64,000 nt of DNA, from positions 17,057,653 through 17,121,652 of the forward strand of contig NC_134028.1 of the NCBI RefSeq assembly GCF_964204645.1, given 5' to 3'. Positions 49,601 through 64,000 of the stretch are shown here, piece by piece. Source of the stretch: Tubulanus polymorphus (lineage: Eukaryota; Animalia; Nemertea). The notes beneath the pieces were generated by a model that had not been told where the DNA came from, ran no database searches, and was given only the letters and a program-made list of their open reading frames with translations. Both the position numbers and the translations under genes were made by a program. Within the stretch, counting starts at the first letter, position 1; the number at the start of each line of letters is the position of its first letter.

Positions 49601-52600
49601 TTTAGTTGCCCGCGATAATTTTTTTTTAGTTTTGTCGCCCGCGACAATTCAATATTTTGGTTTTATCGCCCGCGATAATTCATTATTTTGGTTTTATCGC
49701 CCGCGACAATTCATTATTTTGGTTTTATCGCCCGCGACAATTCATTATTTTGGTTTTGTCACCCGAGACAATTCATCATTTTGGTTTTATCGCCCGCGAC
49801 AATTCATTATTTTGGTTTTGTCCCCCGCGACAATTCACCATTTTGGTTTTGTCGCCTGGACAATTCACCATTTTGGTTTTGTCGCCCGCGACGATTCATT
49901 ATTTTGGTTTTGTCGCCCCCACAATTCTTTTTTTGGTTTTGTCGCCCGCGACAATTCATTAGTTTGGTTTTGTCGCTTGCGACAATTCATTATTTTGGTT
50001 TTGTCGCCCGCGAAAATTCAATATTTTGGTTTTATCGCCCACGACAATTCAATATTTTGGTTTTATCGACCGCGACAATTCATTATTTTGGTTTTATCGC
50101 CCGCGACAATTCATTATTTTGGTTTTGTCGCCCCGACAATTCTTTTTTTTTGGTTTTGTCGCCGGCGACAATTCATTAGTCTGGTTTTGTCGCCCGCGAC
50201 AATTCAATATTTTGGTTTTATCACCCGCGACAATTCATTATTTTGGTTTTATCGCCCGCGACAATTCATTATTTTGGTTTTGTCCCCCGCGACAATTCAC
50301 CATTTTGGTTTTGTCGCCTGGACAATTCACCATTTTGGTTTTGTCGCCCGCGACGATTCATTATTTTGGTTTTGTCGCCCCCACAATTCTTTTTTTGGTT
50401 TTGTCGCCCGCGACAATTCATTAGTTTGGTTTTGTCGCTTGCGACAATTCATTATTTTGGTTTTGTCGCCCGCGAAAATTCAATATTTTGGTTTTATCGC
50501 CCACGACAATTCACTACTTTGGTTTTATCGCCAGCGACAATTCATTATTTTGTTTTTGTCGCCCGCGACAATTTTTTTTAATGGTTTTGTCGCCCGCGAC
50601 AATTCAATATTTTGGTTTTATCGCCCGCGACAATTCATTATTTTGGTTTTGTCGCCCGCGACAATTCACCATTTTGGTTTTGTCACCCGCGACAATTCAT
50701 TATTTTGGTTTTATCGCCCGCGACAATTCATTATTTTAGTTTTATCGCCCGCGACAATTCATTATTTTGGTTTTGTCGCACCGACAATTCTTTTTTTGGT
50801 TTTGTCGCCCGCGACATTTCATTAATTTGGTTTTGTCGCCCGCGTTAATTCATTAGTTTGGTTTTGTCGCCCGCGACAATTCAATATTTTGGTTTTGTCG
50901 CCCGCGACAATTCAATATTTTGGTTTTATCGCCCGCGACAATTCATTTTTAGGATTTGTCGCCCACGACAATTCAATATTTTGGTTTTATCGCCCGCGAC
51001 AATTCATTATTTTGGTTTTATCGCCCGCGACAATTTTTTTCTCTTTTTGTCGCGGTTTTATCGCCTGCGACAATTCATTATTTTGGTTTTATCGCCCGCG
51101 ACAATTCATTATTTTGGTTTTATCGCCCGCGACAATTCATTATTTTGGTTTTGTCACCCGAGACAATTCATCATTTTGGTTTTATCGCCCACGACAATTC
51201 ATTATTTTGGTTTTGTCGCCCACGACAATTCATTATTTTGGTTTTGTCGCCCGCCACAATTCACCATTTTGGTTTTGTCGCCTGGACAATTCACCATTTT
51301 GGTTTTGTCGCCCGCGACAATTCATTATTTTGGTTTTGTCGCCCACGACAATTCATTATTTTGGTTTTGTCGCCCGCCACAATTCACCATTTTGGTTTTG
51401 TCGCCCGCGACAATTCACCATTTTGGTTTTGTCACCCGCGACAATTCATTATTTTGGTTTTATCGCCCGCGACAATTCATTATTTTGGTTTTGTCGCCCC
51501 GACAATTCTTTTTTTTGGTTTTGTCGCCCGCGACAATTCATTATTTTAGTTTTATCGCCCGCGACAATTCAATATTTTGGTTTTATCACCAGCGACAATT
51601 CATTATTTTAGTTTTATCGCCCGCGACAATTCAATATTTTGGTTTTGTCGCCTGCGACAATTCAATATTTTTGTTTTATCGCCCGCGACAATTCATTACT
51701 TTAGTTTTATCTCCAGCGACAATTCATTATTTTGGTTTCGTCGCCCGGGATAATTCTTCTTTTTGGTTTTGTCGCCCGCAACAATTCATTATTTTGGTTT
51801 TATATTTTGTTTAGTTGCCCGCGACAATTTTTTTTTGGTTTTGTCGCCCACGACAATTCAATATTTTGGTTTTATCGCCCGCGATAATTCATTTATTTTG
51901 GTTTTATCGCCCGCGACACTTCATTATTTTGGTTTTATCGCCCGCGACAATTCATTATTTTGGTTTTGTCACCCGAGACAATTCATCATTTTGGTTTTAT
52001 CGCCCGCGACAATTCATTATTTTGGTTTTGTCCACCGCAACAATTCACCATTTTGGTTTTGTCGCCTGGACAATTCACCATTTTGGTTTTGTCGCCCGCG
52101 ACGATTCATTATTTTGGTTTTGTCGCCCCCACAATTCTTTTTTTGGTTTTGTCGCCCGCGACAATTCATTAGTTTGGTTTTGTCGCTGGCGACAATTCAT
52201 TATTTTGGTTTTGTCGCCCGCGAAAATTCAATATTTTGGTTTTATCGCCCACGACAATTCACTACTTTGGTTTTATCGCCAGCGACAATTCATTATTTTG
52301 GTTTTGTCGACCGCGACAATTCTTCTTTTTGCTTTTGTCGCCCGCGACAATTCATTATTTTGGTTTTGTCGCCCGCGACAATTCACCATTTTGGTTTTGT
52401 CGCCCACGACAATTCATTATTTTTGTTTTGTCGCCCGCGACAATTCACCATTTTGGTTTTGTCGCCCGCGACAATTCACCGTTTTGGTTTTGTCACCCGC
52501 GACAATTCAATATTTTGGTTTTGTCGCCCGCGACAATTCAATATTTTGGTTTTATCGACCGCGACAATTCATTATTTCGGTTTTATCCCCCGCGACAATT

Positions 52601-55600
52601 CATTATTTTGGTTTTGTCGCCCCGACAATTCTTTTTTTTGGTTTTGTCGCCGGCGACAATTCATTAGTCTGGTTTTGTCGCCCGCGACAATTCAATATTT
52701 TGGTTTTATCGCCCGCGACAATTCATTATTTTGGTTTTGTCGCACGCGACAATAGCGACAATTCAATATTTTGGTTTTATCGCCCGCGACAATTCAATAT
52801 TTTGGTTTTGTCGCCCGCGACAATTCAATATTTTGGTTTTATCGACTGCGACAATTCATTATTTTGGTTTTATCGCCCGCGACAATTCATTATTATGGTT
52901 TTGTCGCCCCGACAATTCTTTTTTTTGGTTTTGTCGACGGCGACAATTCATTAGTCTGGTTTTGTCGCCCGCGAAAATTCAATATTTTGGTTTTATCGCC
53001 CACGACAATTCACTACTTTGGTTTTATCGCCAGCGACAATTCATTATTTTGGTTTTGTCGCCCCGACAATTCTTTTTTTTGGTTTTGTCGCCCACGACAA
53101 TTCATTATTTTGGTTTTGTCGCCCGCCACAATTCACCATTTTGGTTTTGTCGCCCGCGACAATTCACCATTTTGGTTTTGTCACCCGCGACAATTCATTA
53201 TTTTGGTTTTATCGCCCGCGACAATTCATTATTTTGGTTTTGTCGCCCCGACAATTCTTTTTTTTGGTTTTGTCGCCCGCGACAATTCATTATTTTAGTT
53301 TTATCGCCCGCGACAATTCAATATTTTGGTTTTATCACCAGCGACAATTCATTATTTTAGTTTTATCGCCCGCGACAATTCAATATTTTGGTTTTGTCGC
53401 CTGCGACAATTCAATATTTTTGTTTTATCGCCCGCGACAATTCATTACTTTAGTTTTATCTCCAGCGACAATTCATTATTTTGGTTTCGTCGCCCGGGAT
53501 AATTCTTCTTTTTGGTTTTGTCGCCCGCAACAATTCATTATTTTGGTTTTATATTTTGTTTAGTTGCCCGCGACAATTTTTTTTTGGTTTTGTCGCCCAC
53601 GACAATTCAATATTTTGGTTTTATCGCCCGCGATAATTCATTTATTTTGGTTTTATCGCCCGCGACACTTCATTATTTTGGTTTTATCGCCCGCGACAAT
53701 TCATTATTTTGGTTTTGTCACCCGAGACAATTCATCATTTTGGTTTTATCGCCCGCGACAATTCATTATTTTGGTTTTGTCCACCGCAACAATTCACCAT
53801 TTTGGTTTTGTCGCCTGGACAATTCACCATTTTGGTTTTGTCGCCCGCGACGATTCATTATTTTGGTTTTGTCGCCCCCACAATTCTTTTTTTGGTTTTG
53901 TCGCCCGCGACAATTCATTAGTTTGGTTTTGTCGCTGGCGACAATTCATTATTTTGGTTTTGTCGCCCGCGAAAATTCAATATTTTGGTTTTATCGCCCA
54001 CGACAATTCACTACTTTGGTTTTATCGCCAGCGACAATTCATTATTTTGGTTTTGTCGACCGCGACAATTCTTCTTTTTGCTTTTGTCGCCCGCGACAAT
54101 TCATTATTTTGGTTTTGTCGCCCGCGACAATTCACCATTTTGGTTTTGTCGCCCACGACAATTCATTATTTTTGTTTTGTCGCCCGCGACAATTCACCAT
54201 TTTGGTTTTGTCGCCCGCGACAATTCACCGTTTTGGTTTTGTCACCCGCGACAATTCAATATTTTGGTTTTGTCGCCCGCGACAATTCAATATTTTGGTT
54301 TTATCGACCGCGACAATTCATTATTTCGGTTTTATCCCCCGCGACAATTCATTATTTTGGTTTTGTCGCCCCGACAATTCTTTTTTTTGGTTTTGTCGCC
54401 GGCGACAATTCATTAGTCTGGTTTTGTCGCCCGCGACAATTCAATATTTTGGTTTTATCGCCCGCGACAATTCATTATTTTGGTTTTGTCGCACGCGACA
54501 ATAGCGACAATTCAATATTTTGGTTTTATCGCCCGCGACAATTCAATATTTTGGTTTTGTCGCCCGCGACAATTCAATATTTTGGTTTTATCGACTGCGA
54601 CAATTCATTATTTTGGTTTTATCGCCCGCGACAATTCATTATTATGGTTTTGTCGCCCCGACAATTCTTTTTTTTGGTTTTGTCGACGGCGACAATTCAT
54701 TAGTCTGGTTTTGTCGCCCGCGAAAATTCAATATTTTGGTTTTATCGCCCACGACAATTCACTACTTTGGTTTTATCGCCAGCGACAATTCATTATTTTG
54801 GTTTTGTCGCCCCGACAATTCTTTTTTTTGGTTTTGTCGCCGGCGACAATTCATTAGTCTGGTTTTGTCGCCCGCGACAATTCATTATTTTGGTTTTATC
54901 GCCCGCGACAATTCATTATTTTGGTTTTGTCGCCCCGACAATTCTTTTTTTTGGTTTTGTCGCCGGCGACAATTCATTAGTCTGGTTTTGTCGCCCACGA
55001 CAATTCAATATTTTGGTTTTATCGCCCGCGACAATTTTTTTCTCTTTTTGTCGCGGTTTTATCGCCTGCGACACTTCAATATTTTGGTTTTATCGCCCGC
55101 AACAATTCATTATTTTGGTTTTATCGCCCGCGACAATTCATTATTTTGGTTTTGTCACCCGAGACAATTCATCATTTTGGTTTTATCGCCCGCGACAATT
55201 CATTATTTTGGTTTTGTCCCCCGTGACAATTCACCATTTTGGTTTTGTCGCCTGGACAATTCACCATTTTGGTTTTGTCGCCCGCGACGATTCATTATTT
55301 TGGTTTTGTCGCCCCCACAATTCTTTTTTTGGTTTTGTCGCCCGCGACAATTCATTAGTTTGGTTTTGTCGCTTGCGACAATTCATTATTTTGGTTTTGT
55401 CGCCCGCGAAAATTCAATATTTTGGTTTTATCGCCCACGACAATTCACTACTTTGGTTTTATCGCCAGCGACAATTCATTATTTTGGTTTTGTCGACCGC
55501 GACAATTCATTATTTTGGTTTTATCGTCCGCGACAATTCATTTTTTGGATTTGTCGCCCACGACAATTCAATATTTTGGTTTTATGGCCTGCGACAATTC

Positions 55601-58600
55601 ATTATTTTATCAATTCATTTTTTGGATTTGTCGCCCACGACAATTCAATATTTTGGTTTTATCGCCCGCGACAATTCATTATTTTGGTTTTATCGCCCGC
55701 GACAATTCATTATTTTGGTTTTGTCGCACACGACAATGGCGACAATTCAAGATTTTGGTTTTATCGCCCACGACAAATCAATATTTCGGTTTTATCGCCC
55801 GCGACAATTCATTATTTTGGTTTTATCGCCCGCGACAATTTTTTTCTCTTTTTGTCGCGGTTTTATCGCCTGCGACACTTCAATATTTTGGTTTTATCGC
55901 CCGCAACAATTCATTATTTTGGTTTTGTATTTTGTTTTTGTCGCCCGCGACAATTTTTTTAATGGTTTTGTCGCCCGCGACAATTCAATATTTTGGTTTT
56001 ATCGCCCGCGACAATTCATTATTTTGGTTTTGTCGCCCGCGACAATTCACCATTTTGGTTTTGTCACCCACTACAATTCATTATTTTGGTTTTATCGCCG
56101 CGACAATTCATTATTTTAGTTTTATCGCCCGCGACAATTCATTATTTTGGTTTTGTCGCACCGACAATTCTTTTTTTGGTTTTGTCGCCCGCGACAATTC
56201 ATTAATTTGGTTTTGTCGCCCGCGTTAATTCAATAGTCTGGTTTTGTCGCCCGCGACAATTCAATATTTTGGTTTTGTCGCCCGCGACAATTCAATATTT
56301 TGGTTTTATCGCCCGCGACAATTCATTACTTTAGTTTTATCTCCAGCGACAATTCATTATTTTGGTTTTGTCGCCCGGGACAATTCTTCTTTTTGGTTTT
56401 GTCGCCCGCAACAATTCATTATTTTGGTTTTATATTTTGTTTTAGTTGCCCGCGACAATTTTTTTTTGGTTTTGTCGCCCACGACAATTCAATATTTTGG
56501 TTTTATCGCCCGCGATAACTCATTATTTTGGTTTTATCGCCCGCGACAATTCATTATTTTGGTTTTATCGCCCGCGACAATTCATTATTTTGGTTTTGTC
56601 ACCCGAGACAATTCATCATTTTGGTTTTATCGCCCGCGACAATTCATTATTTTGGTTTTATCGCCCGCGACAATTCATTATTTTGGTTTTGTCGCCCCGA
56701 CAATTCTTTTTTTTGGTTTTGTCGCCGGCGACAATTCATTAGTCTGGTTTTGTCGCCCGCGACAATTCAATATTTTGGTTTTATCGCCCGCGACAATTCA
56801 TTATTTTGGTTTTGTCGCACGCGACAATAGCGACAATTCAATATTTTGGTTTTATCGCCCGCGACAATTCATTTTTTGGATTTGTCGCCCACGACAATTC
56901 AATATTTTGGTTTTATCGCCCGCGACAATTCATTATTTTGGTTTTATCGCCCGCGACAATTCATTATTTTGGTTTTGTCACCCGAGACAATTCATCATTT
57001 TGGTTTTGTCACCCGAGACAATTCATCATTTTGGTTTTATCGCCCGCGACAATTCCTTATTTTGGTTTTGTCCCCCGCGACAATTCACCATTTTGGTTTT
57101 GTCACCTGGACAATTCACCATTTTGGTTTTGTCGCTGGCGACAATTCATTATTTTGGTTTTGTCGCCCGCGAAAATTCAATATTTTGGTTTTATCGCCCA
57201 CGACAATTCACTACTTTGGTTTTATCGCCAGCGACAATTCATTATTTTGGTTTTGTCAACCGCGACAATTCTTCTTTTTGCTTTTGTCGCCCGCGACAAT
57301 TCATTATTTGGGTTTTGTCGCCCGCGACAATTCACCATTTTGGTTTTGTCGCCCACGACAATTCATTATTTTTGTTTTGTCGCCCGCGACAATTCACCAT
57401 TTTGGTTTTGTCGCCCGCGACAATTCACCGTTTTGGTTTTGTCACCCGCGACAATTCAATATTTTGGTTTTGTCGCCCGCGACAATTCAATATTTTGGTT
57501 TTATCGACCGCGACAATTCATTATTTTGGTTTTATCGCCCGCGACAATTCACTATTTTGGTTTTGTCGCCCCGACAATTCTTTTTTTTGGTTTTGTCGCC
57601 GGCGACAATTCATTAGTCTGGTTTTGTCGCCCGCGACAATTCAATATTTTGGTTTTATCGCCCGCGACAATTCATTATTTTGGTTTTGTCGCACGCGACA
57701 ATAGCGACAATTCAATATTTTGGTTTTATCGCCCGCGACAATTCATTATTTTGGTTTTGTCGCCCCGACAATTCTTTTTTTTGGTTTTGTCGCCGGCGAC
57801 AATTCATTAGTCTGGTTTTGTCGCCCGCGACAATTCAATATTTTGGTTTTATCACCCGCGACAATTTATTATTTTGGTTTTGTCGCCCCGACAATTCTTT
57901 TTTTTGGTTTTGTCGCCGGCGACAATTCATTAGTCTGGTTTTGTCGCCCGCGACAATTCAATATTTTGGTTTTATTGCCCGCGACAATTCATTATTTTGG
58001 TTTTGTCGCCCCGACAATTCTTTTTTTTGGTTTTGTCGCCGGCGACAATTCATTAGTCTGGTTTTGTCGCCCGCGACAATTCATTATTTTGGTTTTATCG
58101 CCCGCGACAATTCATTTTTTGGATTTGTCGCCCACGACAATTCAATATTTTGGTTTTATGGCCTGCGACAATTCATTATTTTATCAATTCATTTTTTGGA
58201 TTTGTCGCCCATGACAATTCAATATTTTGGTTTTATCGCCCGCGACAATTCATTATTTTGGTTTTGTCGCACACGACAATGGCGACAATTCAAGATTTTG
58301 GTTTTATCGCCCACGACAATTCAATATTTTGGTTTTATCGCCCGCGACAATTCATTATTTTGGTTTTATCGCCGCGACAATTTTTTTCTCTTTTTGTCGC
58401 GGTTTTATCGCCTGCGACACTTCAATATTTTGGTTTTATCGCCCGCAACAATTCATTATTTTGGTTTTGTATTTTGTTTTTGTCGTCCGCGACAATTTTT
58501 TTTAATGGTTTTGTCGCCCGCGACAATTCAATATTTTGGTTTTATCGCCCGCGACAATTCATTATTTTGGTTTTGTCGCCCGCGACAATTCATTATTTTG

Positions 58601-61600
58601 GTTTTATCGCCGTGACAATTCATTATTTTAGTTTTATCGCCCGCAACAATTCATTATTTTGGTTTTGTCGCACCGACAATTCTTTTTTTGGTTTTGTCGC
58701 CCGCGACAATTCATTAATTTGGTTTTGTCGCCCGCGTTAATTCATTAGTCTGGTTTTGTCGCCCGCGACAAATCAATATTTTGGTTTTGTCGCCCGCGAC
58801 AATTCAATATTTTGGTTTTATCGCCCGCGACAATTCATTACTTTAGTTTTATCTCCAGCGACAATTCATTATTTTGGTTTTGTCACCCGAGACAATTCAT
58901 CATTTTGGTTTTATCGCCCGCGACAATTCATTATTTTGGTTTTGTCCACCGCAACAATTCACCATTTTGGTTTTGTCGCCCACGACAATTCATTATTTTG
59001 GTTTTATCGCCCGCGACAATTCACTATTTTGGTTTTGTCGCCCCGACAATTCTTTTTTTTGGTTTTGTCGCCGGCGACAATTCATTAGTCTGGTTTTGTC
59101 GCCCGCGACAATTCAATATTTTGGTTTTATCGCCCGCGACAATTCATTATTTTGGTTTTGTCGCACGCGACAATAGCGACAATTCAATATTTTGGTTTTA
59201 TCGCCCGCGACAATTCATTATTTTGGTTTTGTCGCCCCGACAATTCTTTTTTTTGGTTTTGTCGCCGGCGACAATTCATTAGTCTGGTTTTGTCGCCCGC
59301 GACAATTCAATATTTTGGTTTTATCACCCGCGACAATTTATTATTTTGGTTTTGTCGCCCCGACAATTCTTTTTTTTGGTTTTGTCGCCGGCGACAATTC
59401 ATTAGTCTGGTTTTGTCGCCCGCGACAATTCAATATTTTGGTTTTATTGCCCGCGACAATTCATTATTTTGGTTTTGTCGCCCCGACAATTCTTTTTTTT
59501 TGGTTTTGTCGCCGGCGACAATTCATTAGTCTGGTTTTGTCGCCCGCGACAATTCATTATTTTGGTTTTATCGCCCGCGACAATTCATTATTTTGGTTTT
59601 GTCGCCCCGACAATTCTTTTTTTTGGTTTTGTCGCCGGCGACAATTCATTAGTCTGGTTTTGTCGCCCACGACAATTCAATATTTTGGTTTTATCGCCCG
59701 CGACAATTTTTTTCTCTTTTTGTCGCGGTTTTATCGCCTGCGACACTTCAATATTTTGGTTTTATCGCCCGCAACAATTCATTATTTTGGTTTTATCGCC
59801 CGCGACAATTCATTATTTTGGTTTTATCGCCCGCGACAATTCATTATTTTGGTTTTGTCACCCGAGACAATTCATCATTTTGGTTTTATCGCCCGCGACA
59901 ATTCATTATTTTGGTTTTGTCCCCCGTGACAATTCACCATTTTGGTTTTGTCGCCTGGACAATTCACCATTTTGGTTTTGTCGCCCGCGACGATTCATTA
60001 TTTTGGTTTTGTCGCCCCCACAATTCTTTTTTTGGTTTTATCGCCCGCGACAATTTTTTTCTCTTTTTGTCGCGGTTTTATCGCCTGCGACACTTCAATA
60101 TTTTGGTTTTATCGCCCGCAACAATTCATTATTTTGGTTTTATCGCCCGCGACAATTCATTATTTTGGTTTTATCGCCCGCGACAATTCATTATTTTGGT
60201 TTTGTCACCCGAGACAATTCATCATTTTGGTTTTATCGCCCGCGACAATTCATTATTTTGGTTTTGTCCCCCGTGACAATTCACCATTTTGGTTTTGTCG
60301 CCTGGACAATTCACCATTTTGGTTTTGTCGCCCGCGACGATTCATTATTTTGGTTTTGTCGCCCCCACAATTCTTTTTTTGGTTTTGTCGCCCGCGACAA
60401 TTCATTAGTTTGGTTTTGTCGCTTGCGACAATTCATTACTTTGGTTTTGTCGCCCGCGAAAATTCAATATTTTGGTTTTATCGCCCACGAAAATTCACTA
60501 CTTTGGTTTTATCGCCAGCGACAATTCATTATTTTGGTTTTGTCGACCGCGACAATTCATTATTTTGGTTTTATCGCCCGCGACAATTCATTTTTTGGAT
60601 TTGTCGCCCACGACAATTCAATATTTTGGTTTTATGGCCTGCGACAATTCATTATTTTATCAATTCATTTTTTGGATTTGTCGCCCACGACAATTCAATA
60701 TTTTGGTTTTATCGCCCGCGACAATTCATTGTTTTGGTTTTATCGCCCGCGACAATTCATTATTTTGGTTTTGTCGCACACGACAATGGCGACAATTCAA
60801 TATTTTGGTTTTATCGCCCGCGACAATTCATTGTTTTGGTTTTATCGCCCGCGACAATTCATTATTTTGGTTTTGTCGCACACGACAATGGCGACAATTC
60901 AAGATTTTGGTTTTATCGCCCACGACAATTCAATATTTTGGTTTTATCGCCCGCGACAATTCATTATTTTGATTTTATCGCCCGCGACAATTCATTATTT
61001 TTGTTTTGTCGCCCCGACAATTCTTTTTTTTGGTTTTGTCGCCGGCGACAATTCATTAGTCTGGTTTTGTCGCCCGCGACAATTCAATATTTTGGTTTTA
61101 TCGCCCGCGACAATTCATTATTTTGGTTTTGTCGCACGCGACAATAGCGACAATTCAATATTTTGGTTTTATCGCCCGCGACAATTCATTTTTTGGATTT
61201 GTCGCCCACGACAATTCAATATTTTGGTTTTATCGCCCGCGACAATTCATTATTTTGGTTTTATCGCCCGCGACAATTTTTTTCTCTTTTTGTCGCGGTT
61301 TTATCGCCTGCGACACTTCAATATTTTGGTTTTATCGCCCGCAACAATTCATTATTTTGGTTTTATCGCCCGCGACAATTCATTATTTTGGTTTTGTCAC
61401 CCGAGACAATTCATCATTTTGGTTTTATCGCCCGCGACAATTCATTATTTTGGTTTTGTCCCCCGTGACAATTCACCATTTTGGTTTTGTCGCCTGGACA
61501 ATTCACCATTTTGGTTTTGTCGCCCGCGACGATTCATTATATTGGTTTTGTCGCCCCCACAATTCTTTTTTTGGTTTTGTCGACAATGCCTGCGACAATT

Positions 61601-64000
61601 CATTATTTTATCAATTCATTTTTTGGATTTGTCGCCCATGACAATTCAATATTTTGGTTTTATCGCCCGCGACAATTCATTATTTTGGTTTTGTCGCACA
61701 CGACAATGGCGACAATTCAAGATTTTGGTTTTATCGCCCACGACAATTCAATATTTTGGTTTTATCGCCGTGACAATTCATTATTTTAGTTTTATCGCCC
61801 GCAACAATTCATTATTTTGGTTTTGTCGCACCGACAATTCTTTTTTTGGTTTTGTCGCCCGCGACAATTCATTAATTTGGTTTTGTCGCCCGCGTTAATT
61901 CATTAGTCTGGTTTTGTCGCCCGCGACAAATCAATATTTTGGTTTTGTCGCCCGCGACAATTCAATATTTTGGTTTTATCGCCCGCGACAATTCATTACT
62001 TTAGTTTTATCTCCAGCGACAATTCATTATTTTGGTTTTGTCACCCGAGACAATTCATCATTTTGGTTTTATCGCCCGCGACAATTCATTATTTTGGTTT
62101 TGTCCACCGCAACAATTCACCATTTTGGTTTTGTCGCCCACGACAATTCATTATTTTGGTTTTATCGCCCGCGACAATTCACTATTTTGGTTTTGTCGCC
62201 CGCGACAATTCATTAGTTTGGTTTTGTCGCTGGCGACAATTCATTATTTTGGTTTTGTCGCCCGCGAAAATTCAATATTTTGGTTTTATCGCCCACGACA
62301 ATTCACTACTTTGGTTTTATCGCCAGCGACAATTCATTATTTTGGTTTTGTCGACCGCGACAATTCTTCTTTTTGCTTTTGTCGCCCGCGACAATTCACC
62401 ATTTTGGTTTTGTCGCCCGCGACAATTCACCGTTTTGGTTTTGTCACCCGCGACAATTCAATATTTTGGTTTTGTCGCCCGCGACAATTCAATATTTTGG
62501 TTTTATCGACCGCGACAATTCATTATTTCGGTTTTATCCCCCGCGACAATTCATTATTTTGGTTTTGTCGCCCCGACAATTCTTTTTTTTGGTTTTGTCG
62601 CCGGCGACAATTCATTAGTCTGGTTTTGTCGCCCGCGACAATTCAATATTTTGGTTTTATCGCCCGCGACAATTCATTATTTTGGTTTTGTCGCACGCGA
62701 CAATAGCGACAATTCAATAGTTTGGTTTTATCGCCCGCGACAATTCAATATTTTGGTTTTGTCGCCCGCGACAATTCAATATTTTGGTTTTATCGACTGC
62801 GACAATTCATTATTTTGGTTTTATCGCCCGCGACAATTCATTATTATGGTTTTGTCGCCCCGACAATTCTTTTTTTTGGTTTTGTCGACGGCGACAATTC
62901 ATTAGTCTGGTTTTGTCGCCCGCGAAAATTCAATATTTTGGTTTTATCGCCCACGACAATTCACTACTTTGGTTTTATCGCCAGCGACAATTCATTATTT
63001 TGGTTTTGTCGCCCCGACAATTCTTTTTTTTGGTTTTGTCGCCGGCGACAATTCATTAGTCTGGTTTTGTCGCCCGCGACAATTCATTATTTTGGTTTTA
63101 TCGCCCGCGACAATTCATTATTTTGGTTTTGTCGCCCCGACAATTCTTTTTTTTGGTTTTGTCGCCGGCGACAATTCATTAGTCTGGTTTTGTCGCCCAC
63201 GACAATTCAATATTTTGGTTTTATCGCCCGCGACAATTTTTTTCTCTTTTTGTCGCGGTTTTATCGCCTGCGACACTTCAATATTTTGGTTTTATCGCCC
63301 GCAACAATTCATTATTTTGGTTTTATCGCCCGCGACAATTCATTATTTTGGTTTTGTCACCCGAGACAATTCATCATTTTGGTTTTATCGTCCGCGACAA
63401 TTCATTATTTTGGTTTTGTCCCCCGTGACAATTCACCATTTTGGTTTTGTCGCCTGGACAATTCACCATTTTGGTTTTGTCGCCCGCGACGATTCATTAT
63501 TTTGGTTTTGTCGCCCCCACAATTCTTTTTTTGGTTTTGTCGCCCGCGACAATTCATTAGTTTGGTTTTGTCGCTTGCGACAATTCATTATTTTGGTTTT
63601 GTCGCCCGCGAAAATTCAATATTTTGGTTTTATCGACCACGACAATTCACTACTTTGGTTTTATCGCCAGCGACAATTCATTATTTTGGTTTTGTCGACC
63701 GCGACAATTCATTATTTTGGTTTTATCGTCCGCGACAATTCATTTTTTGGATTTGTCGCCCACGACAATTCAATATTTTGGTTTTATGGCCTGCGACAAT
63801 TCATTATTTTATCAATTCATTTTTTGGATTTGTCGCCCACGACAATTCAATATTTTGGTTTTATCGCCCGCGACAATTCATTATTTTGGTTTTATCGCCC
63901 GCGACAATTCATTATTTTGGTTTTGTCGCACACGACAATGGCGACAATTCAAGATTTTGGTTTTATCGCCCACGACAATTCAATATTTCGGTTTTATCGC
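31670..64000. repeat. 31-bp satellite DNA array, over 32 kb (about 1040 monomers), running off the window
   Basis: Consensus TTTTGGTTTTRTCGCCCGCGACAATTCATTA repeated head-to-tail with no unique spacers; internal dyad TTGTCGC-CC-GCGACAA. Confidence 0.98.

Noticed and set aside
31608-63059. Long ORFs (up to 1009 aa) of VLSPATIHYFGFIARDNSLFWFCRPRQFII repeats
   Set aside because: The 31-bp monomer has no + strand stop in any frame. All three frames give the same cyclic peptide and indels switch frames freely, so these are translation artefacts.
31670-64000. CRISPR-like array (repeat of about 30 bp with a palindromic core)
   Set aside because: Monomers abut with no unique spacers, there are no cas genes, and the context is eukaryotic.

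Overview
AT-rich eukaryotic (intron-containing, probably invertebrate animal) heterochromatic DNA; I found no host gene. The left half (1-31.6 kb) is a nest of mobile elements built on a decayed Polinton/Maverick (adintovirus-like) endogenous virus. Its protein-primed DNA polymerase B is split by a 10.7-kb stack of non-autonomous Helentron-like insertions. The polymerase also carries a full-size LAGLIDADG intein in motif C (YFD|S...N|TDA), the site and intein style known from giant-virus and archaeal PolB. Its minor capsid gene is split by a complete Kolobok transposon (THAP-DDE transposase plus KolX, 19-bp TIRs, TTAA TSD), and a second, divergent Kolobok runs off the left edge. Nearly all Polinton genes start in a shared TAATTTTT...ATAAATG motif resembling poxvirus late promoters. 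The right half (about 31.7-64 kb) is a 31-bp satellite with a dyad core, CpG-decay variants and nested higher-order duplications; all ORFs there are artefacts. All family assignments come from motif recognition by eye, not from database searches.
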